A DNA stretch of 64,000 nucleotides from Gammaproteobacteria bacterium (GCA_965238175.1 CBDEGZ010000003.1:2464001-2528000), one strand, 5' to 3'. Numbered from the stretch's first letter, positions 41,546 through 52,432 are shown. Numbers and translations are program-made. The notes: a model not told the origin generated them from the sequence alone.

Positions 41546-41922
41546 ACTTAAACACACCACTTTCAATCGCACGAGGTCTGGGATCGGCTAAAGAAGGTGC
41601 TCATCATTGGAAAGCTCAAAGGTTAACTGCAATTGCGTTAATACCATTAAGTATCTGGTTTATTTGTAAAATCACTTGTCTAGTAGGTGGTTCTCACACC
41701 GATGTTGTTACCTGGATCCAACAACCCTGGACTCCAGCGTTATTGATCGTTCTTCTATTTAGCCTCTTCTATCATATGGCACTTGGCCTACAAGTTGTTA
41801 TTGAGGACTATGTCAGTACGACCTGGATGAAAATCACGCTTTTGCTTCTGACCCAATTCGGATCAATTCTGATCGGACTCGGTAGTATTGTTTCTGTTTT
41901 GCGAATTGCTATGGGAGATTAA
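41542..41922 (+). CDS. sdhD: Succinate dehydrogenase membrane anchor subunit
   Basis: GLGSAKEG.HHW..QR.TA, HMALGLQVVIEDY. Confidence 0.95.
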   Translation: MNLNTPLSIARGLGSAKEGAHHWKAQRLTAIALIPLSIWFICKITCLVGGSHTDVVTWIQQPWTPALLIVLLFSLFYHMALGLQVVIEDYVSTTWMKITLLLLTQFGSILIGLGSIVSVLRIAMGD

Positions 41923-41928
41923 GGTTAA

Positions 41929-43719
41929 ATGACCGACGAATACAAAATTATTGAACATCAATACGATACGATCGTTGTAGGTGCTGGTGGGGCGGGTCTT
42001 CGTGCCACATTTGGTATGGCACAAAAAGGCTTAAAAACAGCTTGCCTGACAAAGGTATTCCCAACAAGAAGTCACACGGTTGCTGCTCAAGGTGGTATGA
42101 GTGCGTCATTGGGTAATATGAGTGAAGATAGCTGGCAATGGCATATGTATGACACCGTTAAAGGTTCTGACTGGTTAGGCGATCAAGATGCGATTGAGTA
42201 TATGTGTCGCGAAGCTGTGCCTTCAGTAATCGAATTAGAGCATTATGGCGTTCCCTTTTCTCGTACAGAGGAAGGTAAGATCTACCAACGGCCATTCGGT
42301 GGGATGACCACAAACTTTGGTGAAGGCATTGCGCAGCGTACTTGTGCTGCGGCAGATCGAACTGGCCACGCCATCCTACATACGCTTTATCAACAATCAC
42401 TTAAACATGATGCCGAGTTCTTTATTGAATACTTCGCGCTTGATTTGGTCATGGATGAAGATGGTAGTTGTAAAGGTGTACTCGCATGGTGTCTTGAAGA
42501 TGGCTCCTTACACTTGTTCCGCGGTCATGAAACTATCCTGGCCACCGGTGGTTACGGTCGTTCTTATTTCTCATGTACTTCAGCACATACTTGTACTGGT
42601 GATGGTAATGCGATGGCTCTTCGAGCTGGTTTACCATTACAAGATATGGAATTCATTCAATTCCATCCGACAGGTATCTATGGATCGGGTTGTCTGATCA
42701 CTGAAGGTGTTCGTGGCGAAGGTGGTTATCTTACCAATTCTGAAGGTGAACGTTTTATGGAACGTTATGCACCGAATGCGAAAGATTTAGCATCACGTGA
42801 TGTCGTTAGTCGCTCAATGACTATTGAAATTCGTGAAGGTCGCGGTGTTGGTAAAGACAAAGATCATATCCATTTGCACCTTGAGCATTTAGGCCCAGAA
42901 GTGATTAATGAACGTTTGCCTGGCATAGCAGAATCTGCTGAAATTTTTGCTGGTGTAGATGTGTCGAAAGAGCCTATCCCAGTGATCCCAACAGTTCACT
43001 ACAATATGGGAGGTATTCCAACTAATTATCATGGTGAAGTTGTTACTTTAAAAGATAACGATCCTGATCATGTAGTGCAGGGACTAATGGCCATCGGTGA
43101 AGCTGCTTGTGTTTCTGTTCATGGTGCAAATCGTCTTGGATCAAATTCCTTACTTGATTTGATCGTCTTTGGTCGCGCATCCGCAATTCGTGCTGCAGAA
43201 AAAGTACAACCTGGTCAGCAGCATAGTCCTCTACCAGAAGGAACAGTTGAAAAGTTGGTTGCTCGTTTCGATAAAACAAGAAACGCTAAAGGTTCAATAC
43301 CAACGGCAAAAATTCGCGATAACCTGCAACGTACAATGCAAAACAACGCGGCTGTTTTCAGAACCGGAGATGTTATGCAGGAAGGCATCGACAAGCTTAA
43401 GGGTGTTTGTGAATCATTTTCCGATGTACAAGTTTCAGATAGATCAATGATTTGGAATACAGATCTAGTGGAAACATTGGAGTTAGAAAACCTACTGCAA
43501 TGTGCAAGCGTCAGTATCCATGGCGCTTTGAATCGTGAAGAAAGTCGTGGCGCACATGCGCGTGAGGACTTTGCGGATCGAGATGATGAGAATTGGATGA
43601 AGCATACCTTGGCTACGTTAAACGATAACTGGAGCGTGAAATTTGAGTACAGGCCTGTTCATGCTTATACGCTGACAAAAGAAATCGATTACATCAAACC
43701 TAAAGCACGTGTTTATTAA
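41929..43719 (+). CDS. sdhA: Succinate dehydrogenase flavoprotein subunit
   Basis: [16 protein letters not shown] (FAD His), [23 protein letters not shown]. Confidence 0.98.
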   Translation: MTDEYKIIEHQYDTIVVGAGGAGLRATFGMAQKGLKTACLTKVFPTRSHTVAAQGGMSASLGNMSEDSWQWHMYDTVKGSDWLGDQDAIEYMCREAVPSVIELEHYGVPFSRTEEGKIYQRPFGGMTTNFGEGIAQRTCAAADRTGHAILHTLYQQSLKHDAEFFIEYFALDLVMDEDGSCKGVLAWCLEDGSLHLFRGHETILATGGYGRSYFSCTSAHTCTGDGNAMALRAGLPLQDMEFIQFHPTGIYGSGCLITEGVRGEGGYLTNSEGERFMERYAPNAKDLASRDVVSRSMTIEIREGRGVGKDKDHIHLHLEHLGPEVINERLPGIAESAEIFAGVDVSKEPIPVIPTVHYNMGGIPTNYHGEVVTLKDNDPDHVVQGLMAIGEAACVSVHGANRLGSNSLLDLIVFGRASAIRAAEKVQPGQQHSPLPEGTVEKLVARFDKTRNAKGSIPTAKIRDNLQRTMQNNAAVFRTGDVMQEGIDKLKGVCESFSDVQVSDRSMIWNTDLVETLELENLLQCASVSIHGALNREESRGAHAREDFADRDDENWMKHTLATLNDNWSVKFEYRPVHAYTLTKEIDYIKPKARVY

Positions 43720-43733
43720 AAAGGAAAGCAGAT

Positions 43734-44519
43734 ATGGTTGAATTTACACTTCCAGAGAATTCAAAAATCGGTACAGGTAAAACCGTTACTGCGGCCAATT
43801 CCGCAACCAATAAAAAGACGTTCAAAGTTTATCGATGGGATCCGGATAGTGGTGAAAATCCGCGCATGGACACCTTTGAAATTGATCTTGATAATTGCGG
43901 CCCTATGGTGCTTGATGCATTGTTGCATATCAAAGATGAACTGGATCCAACGCTGACCCTCAGAAGATCATGTCGTGAAGGAATTTGTGGTTCTTGTGCA
44001 ATGAACATTGATGGTCGAAATACGCTTGCTTGTACTAAAGCAATAGCAGATATAGATGATGAGGTTAAAGTTTACCCTCTGCCTCATATGGCGGTCGTTA
44101 AAGATCTAGTGCCAGATTTAACCCATTTTTATGCACAGTACGCCTCGATAAAACCCTGGATGCATACAGACAGCCCAACACCGCCCGTTAATGAAGAGCG
44201 CCTTCAATCGAAAGATGATCGTGCGAAATTGGATGGGCTGTATGAATGCATTCTCTGCGCATGTTGCTCAACGAGTTGTCCAAGTTATTGGTGGAACAGC
44301 GATCGTTATTTGGGCCCTGCGGCACTACTGCAAGCCTATCGTTGGATTGCTGATAGTCGTGATGAAGCGACTGGTGAACGACTTGAAGATCTGGAAGATC
44401 CATTCAAGTTATATCGTTGCCACACCATTATGAATTGTGCTGAAACATGTCCGAAAGGATTAAATCCAGCAAAAGCGATCGCTGAGATCAAAAAATTACA
44501 GATCAGTAAGGGAACCTGA
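43734..44519 (+). CDS. sdhB: Succinate dehydrogenase iron-sulfur subunit
   Basis: [34 protein letters not shown]. Confidence 0.98.
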   Translation: MVEFTLPENSKIGTGKTVTAANSATNKKTFKVYRWDPDSGENPRMDTFEIDLDNCGPMVLDALLHIKDELDPTLTLRRSCREGICGSCAMNIDGRNTLACTKAIADIDDEVKVYPLPHMAVVKDLVPDLTHFYAQYASIKPWMHTDSPTPPVNEERLQSKDDRAKLDGLYECILCACCSTSCPSYWWNSDRYLGPAALLQAYRWIADSRDEATGERLEDLEDPFKLYRCHTIMNCAETCPKGLNPAKAIAEIKKLQISKGT

Positions 44520-44526
44520 TCAAGCA

Positions 44527-44808
44527 GTGTCTGATCAGGAAGTAAGCTCACGCGTCCGTGATCATAACCGCGTACGCTGGCTTTGCCGCCGCGGCATGAA
44601 AGAGTTAGATCTGGTCATCAACCGTTTTTTTGAAAACGAATACGATTCACTTTCAGAACAAGATCAAATTTATTTCAAAGATTTCCTGGAGGTTGAAGAT
44701 CCTGAGATCTACTCATGGATCATGGGGCGAACCACACCGGAAAATCAACACCACGCAGCGATTATCAACAAGTTACAAAACATGTTTGACAAACCCATTG
44801 GGTCTTAA
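44527..44808 (+). CDS. sdhE: FAD assembly factor SdhE (YgfY)
   Basis: RWLCRRGMKELD motif. Confidence 0.92.
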   Translation: MSDQEVSSRVRDHNRVRWLCRRGMKELDLVINRFFENEYDSLSEQDQIYFKDFLEVEDPEIYSWIMGRTTPENQHHAAIINKLQNMFDKPIGS

Positions 44809-44828
44809 GTAATTTCCATAACAATCAA

Positions 44829-45755
44829 TTGAATACAAACAATTTCTCTATTAAAGGACCTAATCTGATCAAACTTGATCAATATGTTCTTATTAAAATA
44901 GAAGGTAAAAATTCGCTTGAGTTTTTACACAATCAATTTACCAATGATCTAAAAAAACTTCCGGAAAATAGCCTCGGGCTGGGAGCCTGGTGTTCGATAA
45001 AAGGACGTGTTCTGTACAGTTTCAGGATCTGGCATCAGGAAAATATCTTCTATTTGATTTTACTTAAATCACAGACAGACACTTTTGTTAAAAAATTGAA
45101 GATGTTTATTTTACGATCTGATGTGTCGCTAAGCATTTTAGAAGATCAATTTATGTATGGTCTATACGGAGACAATTCAGATCAGCTAATTTCGAGCTCT
45201 CTGCAAGATAACCGCGTCTCACATACTGATGAACAAATATTGATCAAACTTACATCAAAAACTTCGCGCTATTTGATTATTACTAAGGATAATGACCTAA
45301 AACTTGATTCTCTATCCATTCAAACTGATCAAAAACCATTATTAAATCAATGGAGTCTTCTTGATATTGCAGAAGGTTTGTCGGAAATAACACCTGAAAC
45401 TACTGACATGTTTTTACCACAAATGCTTGATTTTGAAAGACTAGGTGGGCTTAGTTTCCAAAAAGGTTGTTACCCAGGCCAAGAAATCGTGGCGCGAGTG
45501 AAATACCGTGGCGAGTTAAAGAAGCAACTCTATCGAGCCAAGATTTCTTCTGAAAGCAACGTCATTGCCGGAATGTCACTCGTCCTCACAGAAGATGGAT
45601 CAGATAAACTTGTGGGTCATATTGTCAATTCAGCGCAAACCGATTCAAATGTTTTATGGTCAGCACTAGTTGTTATCAATATAAATGCTAGCGAATCGAC
45701 TGAAATTAAACTGCAATCTGATAGCGGTTCTCAATGCACGTTTAGCTCCCTTTAA
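44829..45755 (+). CDS. ygfZ: Folate-binding protein YgfZ
   Basis: FLHNQFTND, KGCYPGQEIVAR. Confidence 0.92.
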   Translation: MNTNNFSIKGPNLIKLDQYVLIKIEGKNSLEFLHNQFTNDLKKLPENSLGLGAWCSIKGRVLYSFRIWHQENIFYLILLKSQTDTFVKKLKMFILRSDVSLSILEDQFMYGLYGDNSDQLISSSLQDNRVSHTDEQILIKLTSKTSRYLIITKDNDLKLDSLSIQTDQKPLLNQWSLLDIAEGLSEITPETTDMFLPQMLDFERLGGLSFQKGCYPGQEIVARVKYRGELKKQLYRAKISSESNVIAGMSLVLTEDGSDKLVGHIVNSAQTDSNVLWSALVVININASESTEIKLQSDSGSQCTFSSL

Positions 45756-45895
45756 AATTAAACCAATGTCAGGCTTCTCAAGCCATACTAACCAGTGATC
45801 TCCTCCAGTATTTTTAGGATAATTTCCTATTCTATAAGCGCTATTTTCTTGTCACGAAAAGAATTACACCGTGATAAAATCAGGTATATTAACTA

Positions 45896-46106
45896 ACCTA
45901 AACTCGGGATAAGAATGACCCTAAAAACATTAAAAAACATTGAATTAGGTGAAAACACGGTGACTGTTTTGTCCAGTGGGCTTCTTTTAGTGGCTATTAA
46001 GGCGGAGTTGTGTAGCAATAGCGAGCTATTGGAAACAACTCCAACGCACAGCACAGAGGCGCTAAAAGAAGTCTGCTGGAGGGTATTTCTTATCCCGAAT
46101 TCAGGT
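45896..46106. mobile_element. ~210-bp MITE (ERIC-like structured element)
   Basis: Terminal inverted repeats 45894-45922 and 46080-46108 match at 25 of 29 positions. TAACTA flanks both ends (45890-45895, 46107-46112). Nested internal stems are present and there is no transposase. Confidence 0.8.
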
Positions 46107-46167
46107 TAACTAGACATTAGCAGGAATCAGGCAATCACCTCTTCCAATCTCAGGCGATAAATAATCC

Positions 46168-46977
46168 ATGATTTTTAAAAAACCAACAATCTTCATTTCG
46201 CTACTACTGAGTATTTCCATTGCACTTATTACTTTCGAGACTCATTCAGAAGATCAAATGGGATCTAAACTAGAATCGGCAATCGACATACGTCTGGAGG
46301 GGCAAAAAGAGTCAATAGAATCTCAAAAAGAAATTGATCAACTGGCCGATCAAAAACTCAGTATGGTTCAGGACTACCAACAAGCAACCATCCAATTAGG
46401 AGATCTGCAAGTTTACAATAACCAGCTAGAGAAATTAGTTGAAAAACAACGCGAAAAACTCGCCTCTTTTGATCAACAATTAGAAAGTGCTCGAGAGGCG
46501 CAAAGAAACATTGTGCCGATGATGTTGAAAATGGTCAAAGTACTGAGTCGGTTTATTCAACTAGATACACCTTTTCTGCATGAAGAACGTTCAATGCGTG
46601 TGACTGCCCTGAAAGAAATGCTTGATGATCCTACAGTAACAACCTCTGAGAAATATCGCCGAATTCTAGAGGCTTATCAAATTGAAGCAGATTATGGTCG
46701 AACGATAGAATCTTATAATGGTGAGATTACACTTGGAAGTGAGAATCGTTCAGTCGAGTTTTTACGTGTTGGTCGTGTTGCGTTAATTTATTCAAGCCTT
46801 AATGGATCAGAAGCCGGTTTTTGGAATAAAAACAATAAACAATGGCAACTATTGCCAGTAGAGTATAACGAGTCAATCAATCACGGTTTGCGTATTGCAA
46901 GAAAAGAATCACCACCTGATCTAATTAAAATCCCACTCGATCTGAGCAAAGTTGAATTCTCGGGAGATCCAGAATGA
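46168..46977 (+). CDS. DUF3450-family periplasmic protein (TtpB-like)
   Basis: Signal peptide, coiled coil, D.PF...ER..R, EKYRRILEAYQIE..YGR, LRVGRVAL. Confidence 0.85.
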   Translation: MIFKKPTIFISLLLSISIALITFETHSEDQMGSKLESAIDIRLEGQKESIESQKEIDQLADQKLSMVQDYQQATIQLGDLQVYNNQLEKLVEKQREKLASFDQQLESAREAQRNIVPMMLKMVKVLSRFIQLDTPFLHEERSMRVTALKEMLDDPTVTTSEKYRRILEAYQIEADYGRTIESYNGEITLGSENRSVEFLRVGRVALIYSSLNGSEAGFWNKNNKQWQLLPVEYNESINHGLRIARKESPPDLIKIPLDLSKVEFSGDPE

Positions 46978-48323
46978 AGCTTCGATGGATCCTGATTTTA
47001 ATCATCATTACGTTCAGTTCTGCCAGCCAGGCCATACCGCAGACATTGGAAGATCTGCTCGACGAGGTTCGACAAGGGCGTGCCGCAGAAAAGATCGAAA
47101 ATGCTGAACGCGTAAAACGTTTTGAAGACAATAAGAATCAACAAGCTTCGATATTAGCAAAAGCGAAAACCGATCTACAAAAAGAAGAGTTTCGTGGTGA
47201 ACAATTAAGAATAGAGTACGAACAAAACCAGCAAAGAACCGAACAACAAGAAGAAGTTTTGTTAGAAACTGCTGGCACTATCAGTGAGCTGCAAGGTGTC
47301 ACACGCCAAATGGCTAGAGATATAAAAAATGTCATCAGTGCATCGTTGGTTTCTGCTGAAAAAACGGAACGGATTGAAGCGATTGATACACTGGCCAACA
47401 GTAAAGAACTGCCCTCCTCCGAACAATTGCAGATCTTATGGCAAACGATTTTGGAAGAAATGATCGAATCTGGAAAAGTAAGCCAGTTTAAGGCCGGTGT
47501 TGTCACCACAGATGGAGAAGAGATTGAAAAGATAGTTACTCGCGTTGGTACGTTTAACGCCAGTGCCGACGGCCAATTTCTGCGATATCTGCCGGATACC
47601 GGTCGATTAATCGAGCCACGGCGCCAGCCTTCTTATCGTTTTCAGAAACTGGCAGCAAAACTAGAAAAGCATAATAACGAAGAACTACTCCCTATGGTGG
47701 TTGATCCCACACGAGGTGCAATGCTGGCGCTATTAGTACAAAAGCCAAATCTTAAAGAAAGAATTCAACAAGGTGGTGTTATTGGTTACATCATCATTGC
47801 CATAGGAATTATTGCATTACTTATTGCGATTGAGCGTTTTGTTGTCTTACTAATAACAGGACGAAAAGTTAAAAAACAAACGAAAGAAAATGATCCTGAT
47901 ACTGGAAATCCTTTATGTAGGATCATGCTCGCTTATACAGAAAATCCTGATATAAATGCAGAAACCTTAGAATTAAAACTGGACGAAGCCATTTTACGCG
48001 AGCTTCCAAAGATAAAACGTGGTCTTAGAACGCTAGCAATTCTAGCAGCGATTGCCCCTTTGCTAGGGTTGCTAGGCACCGTCACAGGGATTATTGAAAC
48101 ATTTCAATCGATCACATTATATGGAACGGGTGATCCACGTTTAATGTCCGGTGGTATCTCACAAGCTCTGGTAACCACAGTACTTGGCCTCATCGTCGCA
48201 ATCCCGATATTGTTATTGCACAGTATGCTTTCCGGTCGAAGCAACGACATTGTTCAGATTCTCGATGAAAAGAGTGTTGCTATCGTGGCGAAACTTGCGG
48301 AGAAACGCAGTGCCTCTGTTTGA
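46974..48323 (+). CDS. TtpC-like large MotA/TolQ/ExbB protein
   Basis: Long periplasmic N-terminus, DPTRG, APLLGLLGTVTG.I.TF, GGISQALVTT. Confidence 0.88.
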   Translation: MKLRWILILIIITFSSASQAIPQTLEDLLDEVRQGRAAEKIENAERVKRFEDNKNQQASILAKAKTDLQKEEFRGEQLRIEYEQNQQRTEQQEEVLLETAGTISELQGVTRQMARDIKNVISASLVSAEKTERIEAIDTLANSKELPSSEQLQILWQTILEEMIESGKVSQFKAGVVTTDGEEIEKIVTRVGTFNASADGQFLRYLPDTGRLIEPRRQPSYRFQKLAAKLEKHNNEELLPMVVDPTRGAMLALLVQKPNLKERIQQGGVIGYIIIAIGIIALLIAIERFVVLLITGRKVKKQTKENDPDTGNPLCRIMLAYTENPDINAETLELKLDEAILRELPKIKRGLRTLAILAAIAPLLGLLGTVTGIIETFQSITLYGTGDPRLMSGGISQALVTTVLGLIVAIPILLLHSMLSGRSNDIVQILDEKSVAIVAKLAEKRSASV

Positions 48324-48816
48324 AGGCTTTCAGCGGCTACTTGATCATGGCGGCTTAGTGCTGATTATGATCATGCTGGTCTCGTTCATTATGTGGACGT
48401 TGATCATCGAGCGATATTTATACTTATATGTCATTCATCCTCGACAACTTAAACAACAGATTGATGATTGGTCATCAAGAAATGATCACACGTCCTGGTA
48501 TGCACATAGTTTTCGTCAGGGCTTAATCGGTGAGATAAATTCAAACTTGCAAAAAAACCTGTTATTGATCAAAGCACTCGTTAGTGTGCTACCTCTTTTG
48601 GGCTTGTTAGGAACAGTTTCCGGGATGATTTCAACCTTTGAGGTCATGATGGTATTTGGATCCGGAAATGCCAGAGGTATGTCAGCCGGTATTTCTGAAG
48701 CATTGATCACCACAGCGGCAGGTCTGGTTACCTCTATTTCGGGCCTTTATTTCAGCTCACAATTACAAAGCCAGGCTGAAAATGAAAAGAATAAAATGAC
48801 GGATTTATTGATTTAG
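48310..48816 (+). CDS. exbB: ExbB proton channel subunit
   Basis: PLLGLLGTVSGMI.TF, GISEALITT; GTG at 48310 follows GCGGAG. Confidence 0.88.
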   Translation: MPLFEGFQRLLDHGGLVLIMIMLVSFIMWTLIIERYLYLYVIHPRQLKQQIDDWSSRNDHTSWYAHSFRQGLIGEINSNLQKNLLLIKALVSVLPLLGLLGTVSGMISTFEVMMVFGSGNARGMSAGISEALITTAAGLVTSISGLYFSSQLQSQAENEKNKMTDLLI

Positions 48817-48817
48817 A

Positions 48818-49234
48818 ATGCGACGCTCACATACAGATCAAGCGACTAGCAATGCAGAAGTCAACCTGACGCCACTTATTGATATGGTCTTTATCTTATT
48901 GATTTTCTTTATTGTTACGTCATCCTTTGTTAAAGAGTCAGGTATTGAAGTCAATCGCCCTAGCGCTCAAACAGCCGAAAGACAAGAACGCGCAAATATT
49001 ATTATCGCAGCAAACAGCAAAGGCGAAGTCTGGATAGACAAGCGCAAAATCGATATACACACAGTCCGATCACATATAGAAAGGTTACGGGCAGAGAATC
49101 CAGAAGGTTCGGTTGTAATACTTGCAGATGAGAAATCTCAAACAGGCCTAATGGTACAGATTATGGATCAAGTTCGACTGGCTGGAGTGACCAATATGTC
49201 TATTGCGGCGACAACTACTTCTGGTTCAGAGTGA
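48818..49234 (+). CDS. exbD: ExbD
   Basis: VNLTPLIDMVFILLIFFIVT, AD..S..G, MDQ..LAG. Confidence 0.93.
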   Translation: MRRSHTDQATSNAEVNLTPLIDMVFILLIFFIVTSSFVKESGIEVNRPSAQTAERQERANIIIAANSKGEVWIDKRKIDIHTVRSHIERLRAENPEGSVVILADEKSQTGLMVQIMDQVRLAGVTNMSIAATTTSGSE

Positions 49235-50028
49235 AATCATCTTTCAGTTCATCTGCAAATTTGACTGTGAGTTTGGCTCTGGCATTGCTGATCAACTTAC
49301 TTTTATTTCTCGCAATACAAAGGTTAGTCCAACCAGATCATTCAACCTTTTTGCTACCAGAACTGGTGACTATGGTAGATTTTATTCGCTTTAAGCAAGA
49401 GGATAAATTACCGGAACCGAAACTGCACGAACTGTTACCTAGCAGACCAAAACCACCGAAGAAACCACCACCGCCTCCCAAACAGAAGCAACCCGATCCA
49501 GAGAAACCTAAACCGAAAAAGATCAAGTTACCGACTCCAAAAGTGAAACTGCCATTGCATATGACAAATGGCCCACACTTAGGTGACTTTCTAAAAAAGC
49601 CAAAACCAAAGAAAACGATCATTCAAAAAACTGCACCTATACCTGAACCTATCGTCGTTCCAGATCCTGAACCTGTTATTGAACAGATAGCCGAACCTGT
49701 TGTTCAAGATCCTATTGAACAGACCAAAATTGATCCAGGTCTTACAGAATCACAAATCGAAACTGATGTCGTTCCTACTTATAAGTCTAAGCCTAAATAT
49801 CCTTCAAGAGCTCTACGAGCAAAGATAAATGGTGCTGTCACGCTGGAGTTTATAATCACCGAAAAAGGGACCGTAAAGGATCCAATCATTATTAAATCTG
49901 ATCCGCCTAAAATATTTGATAAATCGGCTTTAAAAGCGATCAAAAAATGGAAATTTAAACCCAAAGTTGTTAACGGCAAACCTGTCAGTCGACGTGCCCA
50001 ACTGAATATTAATTTCAATATTAAATGA
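49231..50028 (+). CDS. tonB: Energy transducer TonB
   Basis: N-terminal TM, Pro/Lys-rich spacer, P.YP.RA...ING.V, FD..A..A..KWKF.P. Confidence 0.92.
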   Translation: MKSSFSSSANLTVSLALALLINLLLFLAIQRLVQPDHSTFLLPELVTMVDFIRFKQEDKLPEPKLHELLPSRPKPPKKPPPPPKQKQPDPEKPKPKKIKLPTPKVKLPLHMTNGPHLGDFLKKPKPKKTIIQKTAPIPEPIVVPDPEPVIEQIAEPVVQDPIEQTKIDPGLTESQIETDVVPTYKSKPKYPSRALRAKINGAVTLEFIITEKGTVKDPIIIKSDPPKIFDKSALKAIKKWKFKPKVVNGKPVSRRAQLNINFNIK

Positions 50029-51275
50029 TGACTGGAATTTCCTACTTACTCCCCGTTTTTATCGTCACCGCTCTCTCACTATGCTGTGCCGATAATACAA
50101 TCGCTGCTGAGAATGAAAAGAAATACTTATTGTCAGAAAAAAACTGGAACAAACTTTCTGAAATAAATAAATTACTTGAGTCTGATCAATCTGATAAAGC
50201 GATAAATGAACTTAATGCTTTAAGTATCGAGGCTCAAGATGTTACCTACGATTCTGCGGTCATTCAACAGACCTTAGGTTATGCTTATATCTCGAACAAT
50301 GACTACCCAAATGCTATCAAGGCATTTCAACTCGCGTTGAATTCAAATGTTCTACCTCCAAATGTAATCCACGACTTGCAGTTTAATTTGGCTCAACTTC
50401 TGATCTACGCTAATCGTTACGACGAAGGCTTAAGTTATTTCCAACCATGGTTGGGTTCTGAACCTAACCCATCAATAGATGCTTATATACTCGCGGGTAC
50501 TGCCTATTACGAATCAAAGCAATACAAAAAAGCTATTCCCTTTGCGAAAAATGTGATCCAACTAAAAGGTATATTTGACGAAACCTGGCATCAGATTTTA
50601 CTTAGTTGTTATCTGCAAACGAATCAATATAAAAATGCAGCAAGCTTGCTAGAAAGTATGCTAACAAACCAACCAGACAACAAAACCTACTGGCTGCAAC
50701 TACTCGCAACTTGGCAGAAAATAAATAATGATCAAAAAATACTCGCAACAATGGAGTTGATACACACAAAAGATCTGCTTGATGCTGAACAAATTAAACA
50801 ATTGATCAATATGTACCTTTATATGGATTTGCCTTATAAAGCTGCAGACTTATTAAAAACCCAACTCAAGACTGGATCTTTACCTAAAAATTCGGCTAAT
50901 TGGGAATTACTCGGCAATTGTTGGTTACAGGCGCAGGAACGCGAAAAAGCCGTGAGTGCCCTACTCGAGGCTGTGAAATTATCAGATCAAGCTGATCTAT
51001 ATTTTCGCATTGGACAGATCTATTTTGATCTTGAGGATTACTCACAAGCAACACACCAACTTCAGACAGCCTTATCTAAAAATCAATTAGAACAAAAAGG
51101 TTATCCTCAATTGTTACTTGGTATCTCACAATTCCATCAGAAAAACTACGAACAATCCCAAACGGCACTACAATTCGCACTTCAAAATAAAACAACCAAT
51201 GCACAAGCCCTTTGGTGGTTACAAAGAATTCATGATCTAAAAATTGACGACAATCATGAAGTAAGAACAAATTAA
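50025..51275 (+). CDS. Periplasmic TPR protein (TtpD-like)
   Basis: Signal peptide and repeated TPR-like helices; last gene of the TonB operon. Confidence 0.82.
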   Translation: MMTGISYLLPVFIVTALSLCCADNTIAAENEKKYLLSEKNWNKLSEINKLLESDQSDKAINELNALSIEAQDVTYDSAVIQQTLGYAYISNNDYPNAIKAFQLALNSNVLPPNVIHDLQFNLAQLLIYANRYDEGLSYFQPWLGSEPNPSIDAYILAGTAYYESKQYKKAIPFAKNVIQLKGIFDETWHQILLSCYLQTNQYKNAASLLESMLTNQPDNKTYWLQLLATWQKINNDQKILATMELIHTKDLLDAEQIKQLINMYLYMDLPYKAADLLKTQLKTGSLPKNSANWELLGNCWLQAQEREKAVSALLEAVKLSDQADLYFRIGQIYFDLEDYSQATHQLQTALSKNQLEQKGYPQLLLGISQFHQKNYEQSQTALQFALQNKTTNAQALWWLQRIHDLKIDDNHEVRTN

Positions 51276-51423
51276 ACGGTAGTACTTCTGAGAAAGGAGT
51301 GCTTGGCTATACAAATCATCAAAGAAATGATGATTTCGTTTCCACTTGATGTTCTAGGGATATTAAAATCAGCTTACCAAAAAGTTACCGTCCACCCACA
51401 TCAGGGCTTAAATCATTAGCGGC

Positions 51424-52386
51424 CTAACGCGTACTGCGAATAACTTTAATATATTCACCCGGCGCTTCACGACTTGATCCAATGATAATACGTCGATCAT
51501 TACCATCTTCGGATTCTTCAATAAATCCAGAGACTTCCACAGTTTCACCAATAAAAGCCTGGCCAGTATAAGTCGGTGTAAAGCAAATTAAACGTTGCAA
51601 TTGAGGATGTTTAAGGGAATACGATGAAGGTGTGTCAAAGGCATATTCATCATTCGAAACCTCAGTGGTTATTTCCACTTTACCGACTTTTTTGTATGGC
51701 TGGTTTGAGTGTTCCTGCTTTTGATCATCTGTGACTAAACTTAGATCAAATTTGATATTCTCAAAAACTGCCTTATTGTACTTTCGTTTTTCATGCCAAA
51801 CATACTCGTCGAAAGTGAGACTGGGTAAACGCCGTTTATAGGCATCCTCCCAAAAATCTTGATCTAATGCTGAAAGATGGTTTTCTTTGATCAAATTGTT
51901 AATAACAGTGCGTGTTTGATGAAACACTTTCCTGTCATAAACAACCAGATCAATATCTGATTTGTCATTCTCCGCACCAATTAAGAATGAACCTGTAACG
52001 CCTAGAAAATCGAGATCAGTCCCATTTTTCACTAATAGAGTAATTAATTGAACTAATTTAACTTGTAAAGAGTTCTTGGGTTCTTTACAAGCTACCAGAT
52101 CAATCAACCTTTTCGTGGCTTGGTGATGTTTGTTTATTTTTAAAGTCGGAACTGCATGTAAAGCTGCATCGAATACTGAAGAGTAATAGAGATACGAGGG
52201 AAAGTTTTTTCTGAGATATAAGTTTGCTTGTTTAGTATCCAGTTTTTGCCACTTATTCTTGGTTTCAGATCTTATATAACGCAAAAAACATAAACAACAA
52301 TCATTTTCTTGCTTGTCTGAAACAACAGCAAACACCAGACCTTCTTCTGTTTCAAGGAAATCTTTTGTTTTGATTTGTAATGACAC
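51424..52386 (-). CDS. Pol-beta-superfamily nucleotidyltransferase-domain protein (resembles archaeal COG1665 type)
   Basis: GVTGS.L.G....SDIDLVVY catalytic signature; N-terminal KDF.ET.EGLVFAV..LRY; C-terminal YTGQ...GE..EV.G..E and IIGSSREA.GEYI. Confidence 0.7.
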   Translation of the reverse strand: MSLQIKTKDFLETEEGLVFAVVSDKQENDCCLCFLRYIRSETKNKWQKLDTKQANLYLRKNFPSYLYYSSVFDAALHAVPTLKINKHHQATKRLIDLVACKEPKNSLQVKLVQLITLLVKNGTDLDFLGVTGSFLIGAENDKSDIDLVVYDRKVFHQTRTVINNLIKENHLSALDQDFWEDAYKRRLPSLTFDEYVWHEKRKYNKAVFENIKFDLSLVTDDQKQEHSNQPYKKVGKVEITTEVSNDEYAFDTPSSYSLKHPQLQRLICFTPTYTGQAFIGETVEVSGFIEESEDGNDRRIIIGSSREAPGEYIKVIRSTR

Positions 52387-52432
52387 TTATCTCCCAAAAA
52401 CGATAAGAAAGATTTCTTTTGAGATTTGAAAC

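Noticed and set aside
45800-46160. Cobalamin riboswitch or Fur box upstream of the TonB operon
   Set aside because: No B12-box consensus and only weak Fur-like words; terminal repeats and flanking duplication fit a MITE better.
49420-49720. Pro/Lys-rich repetitive DNA in tonB
   Set aside because: Normal TonB periplasm-spanning spacer.
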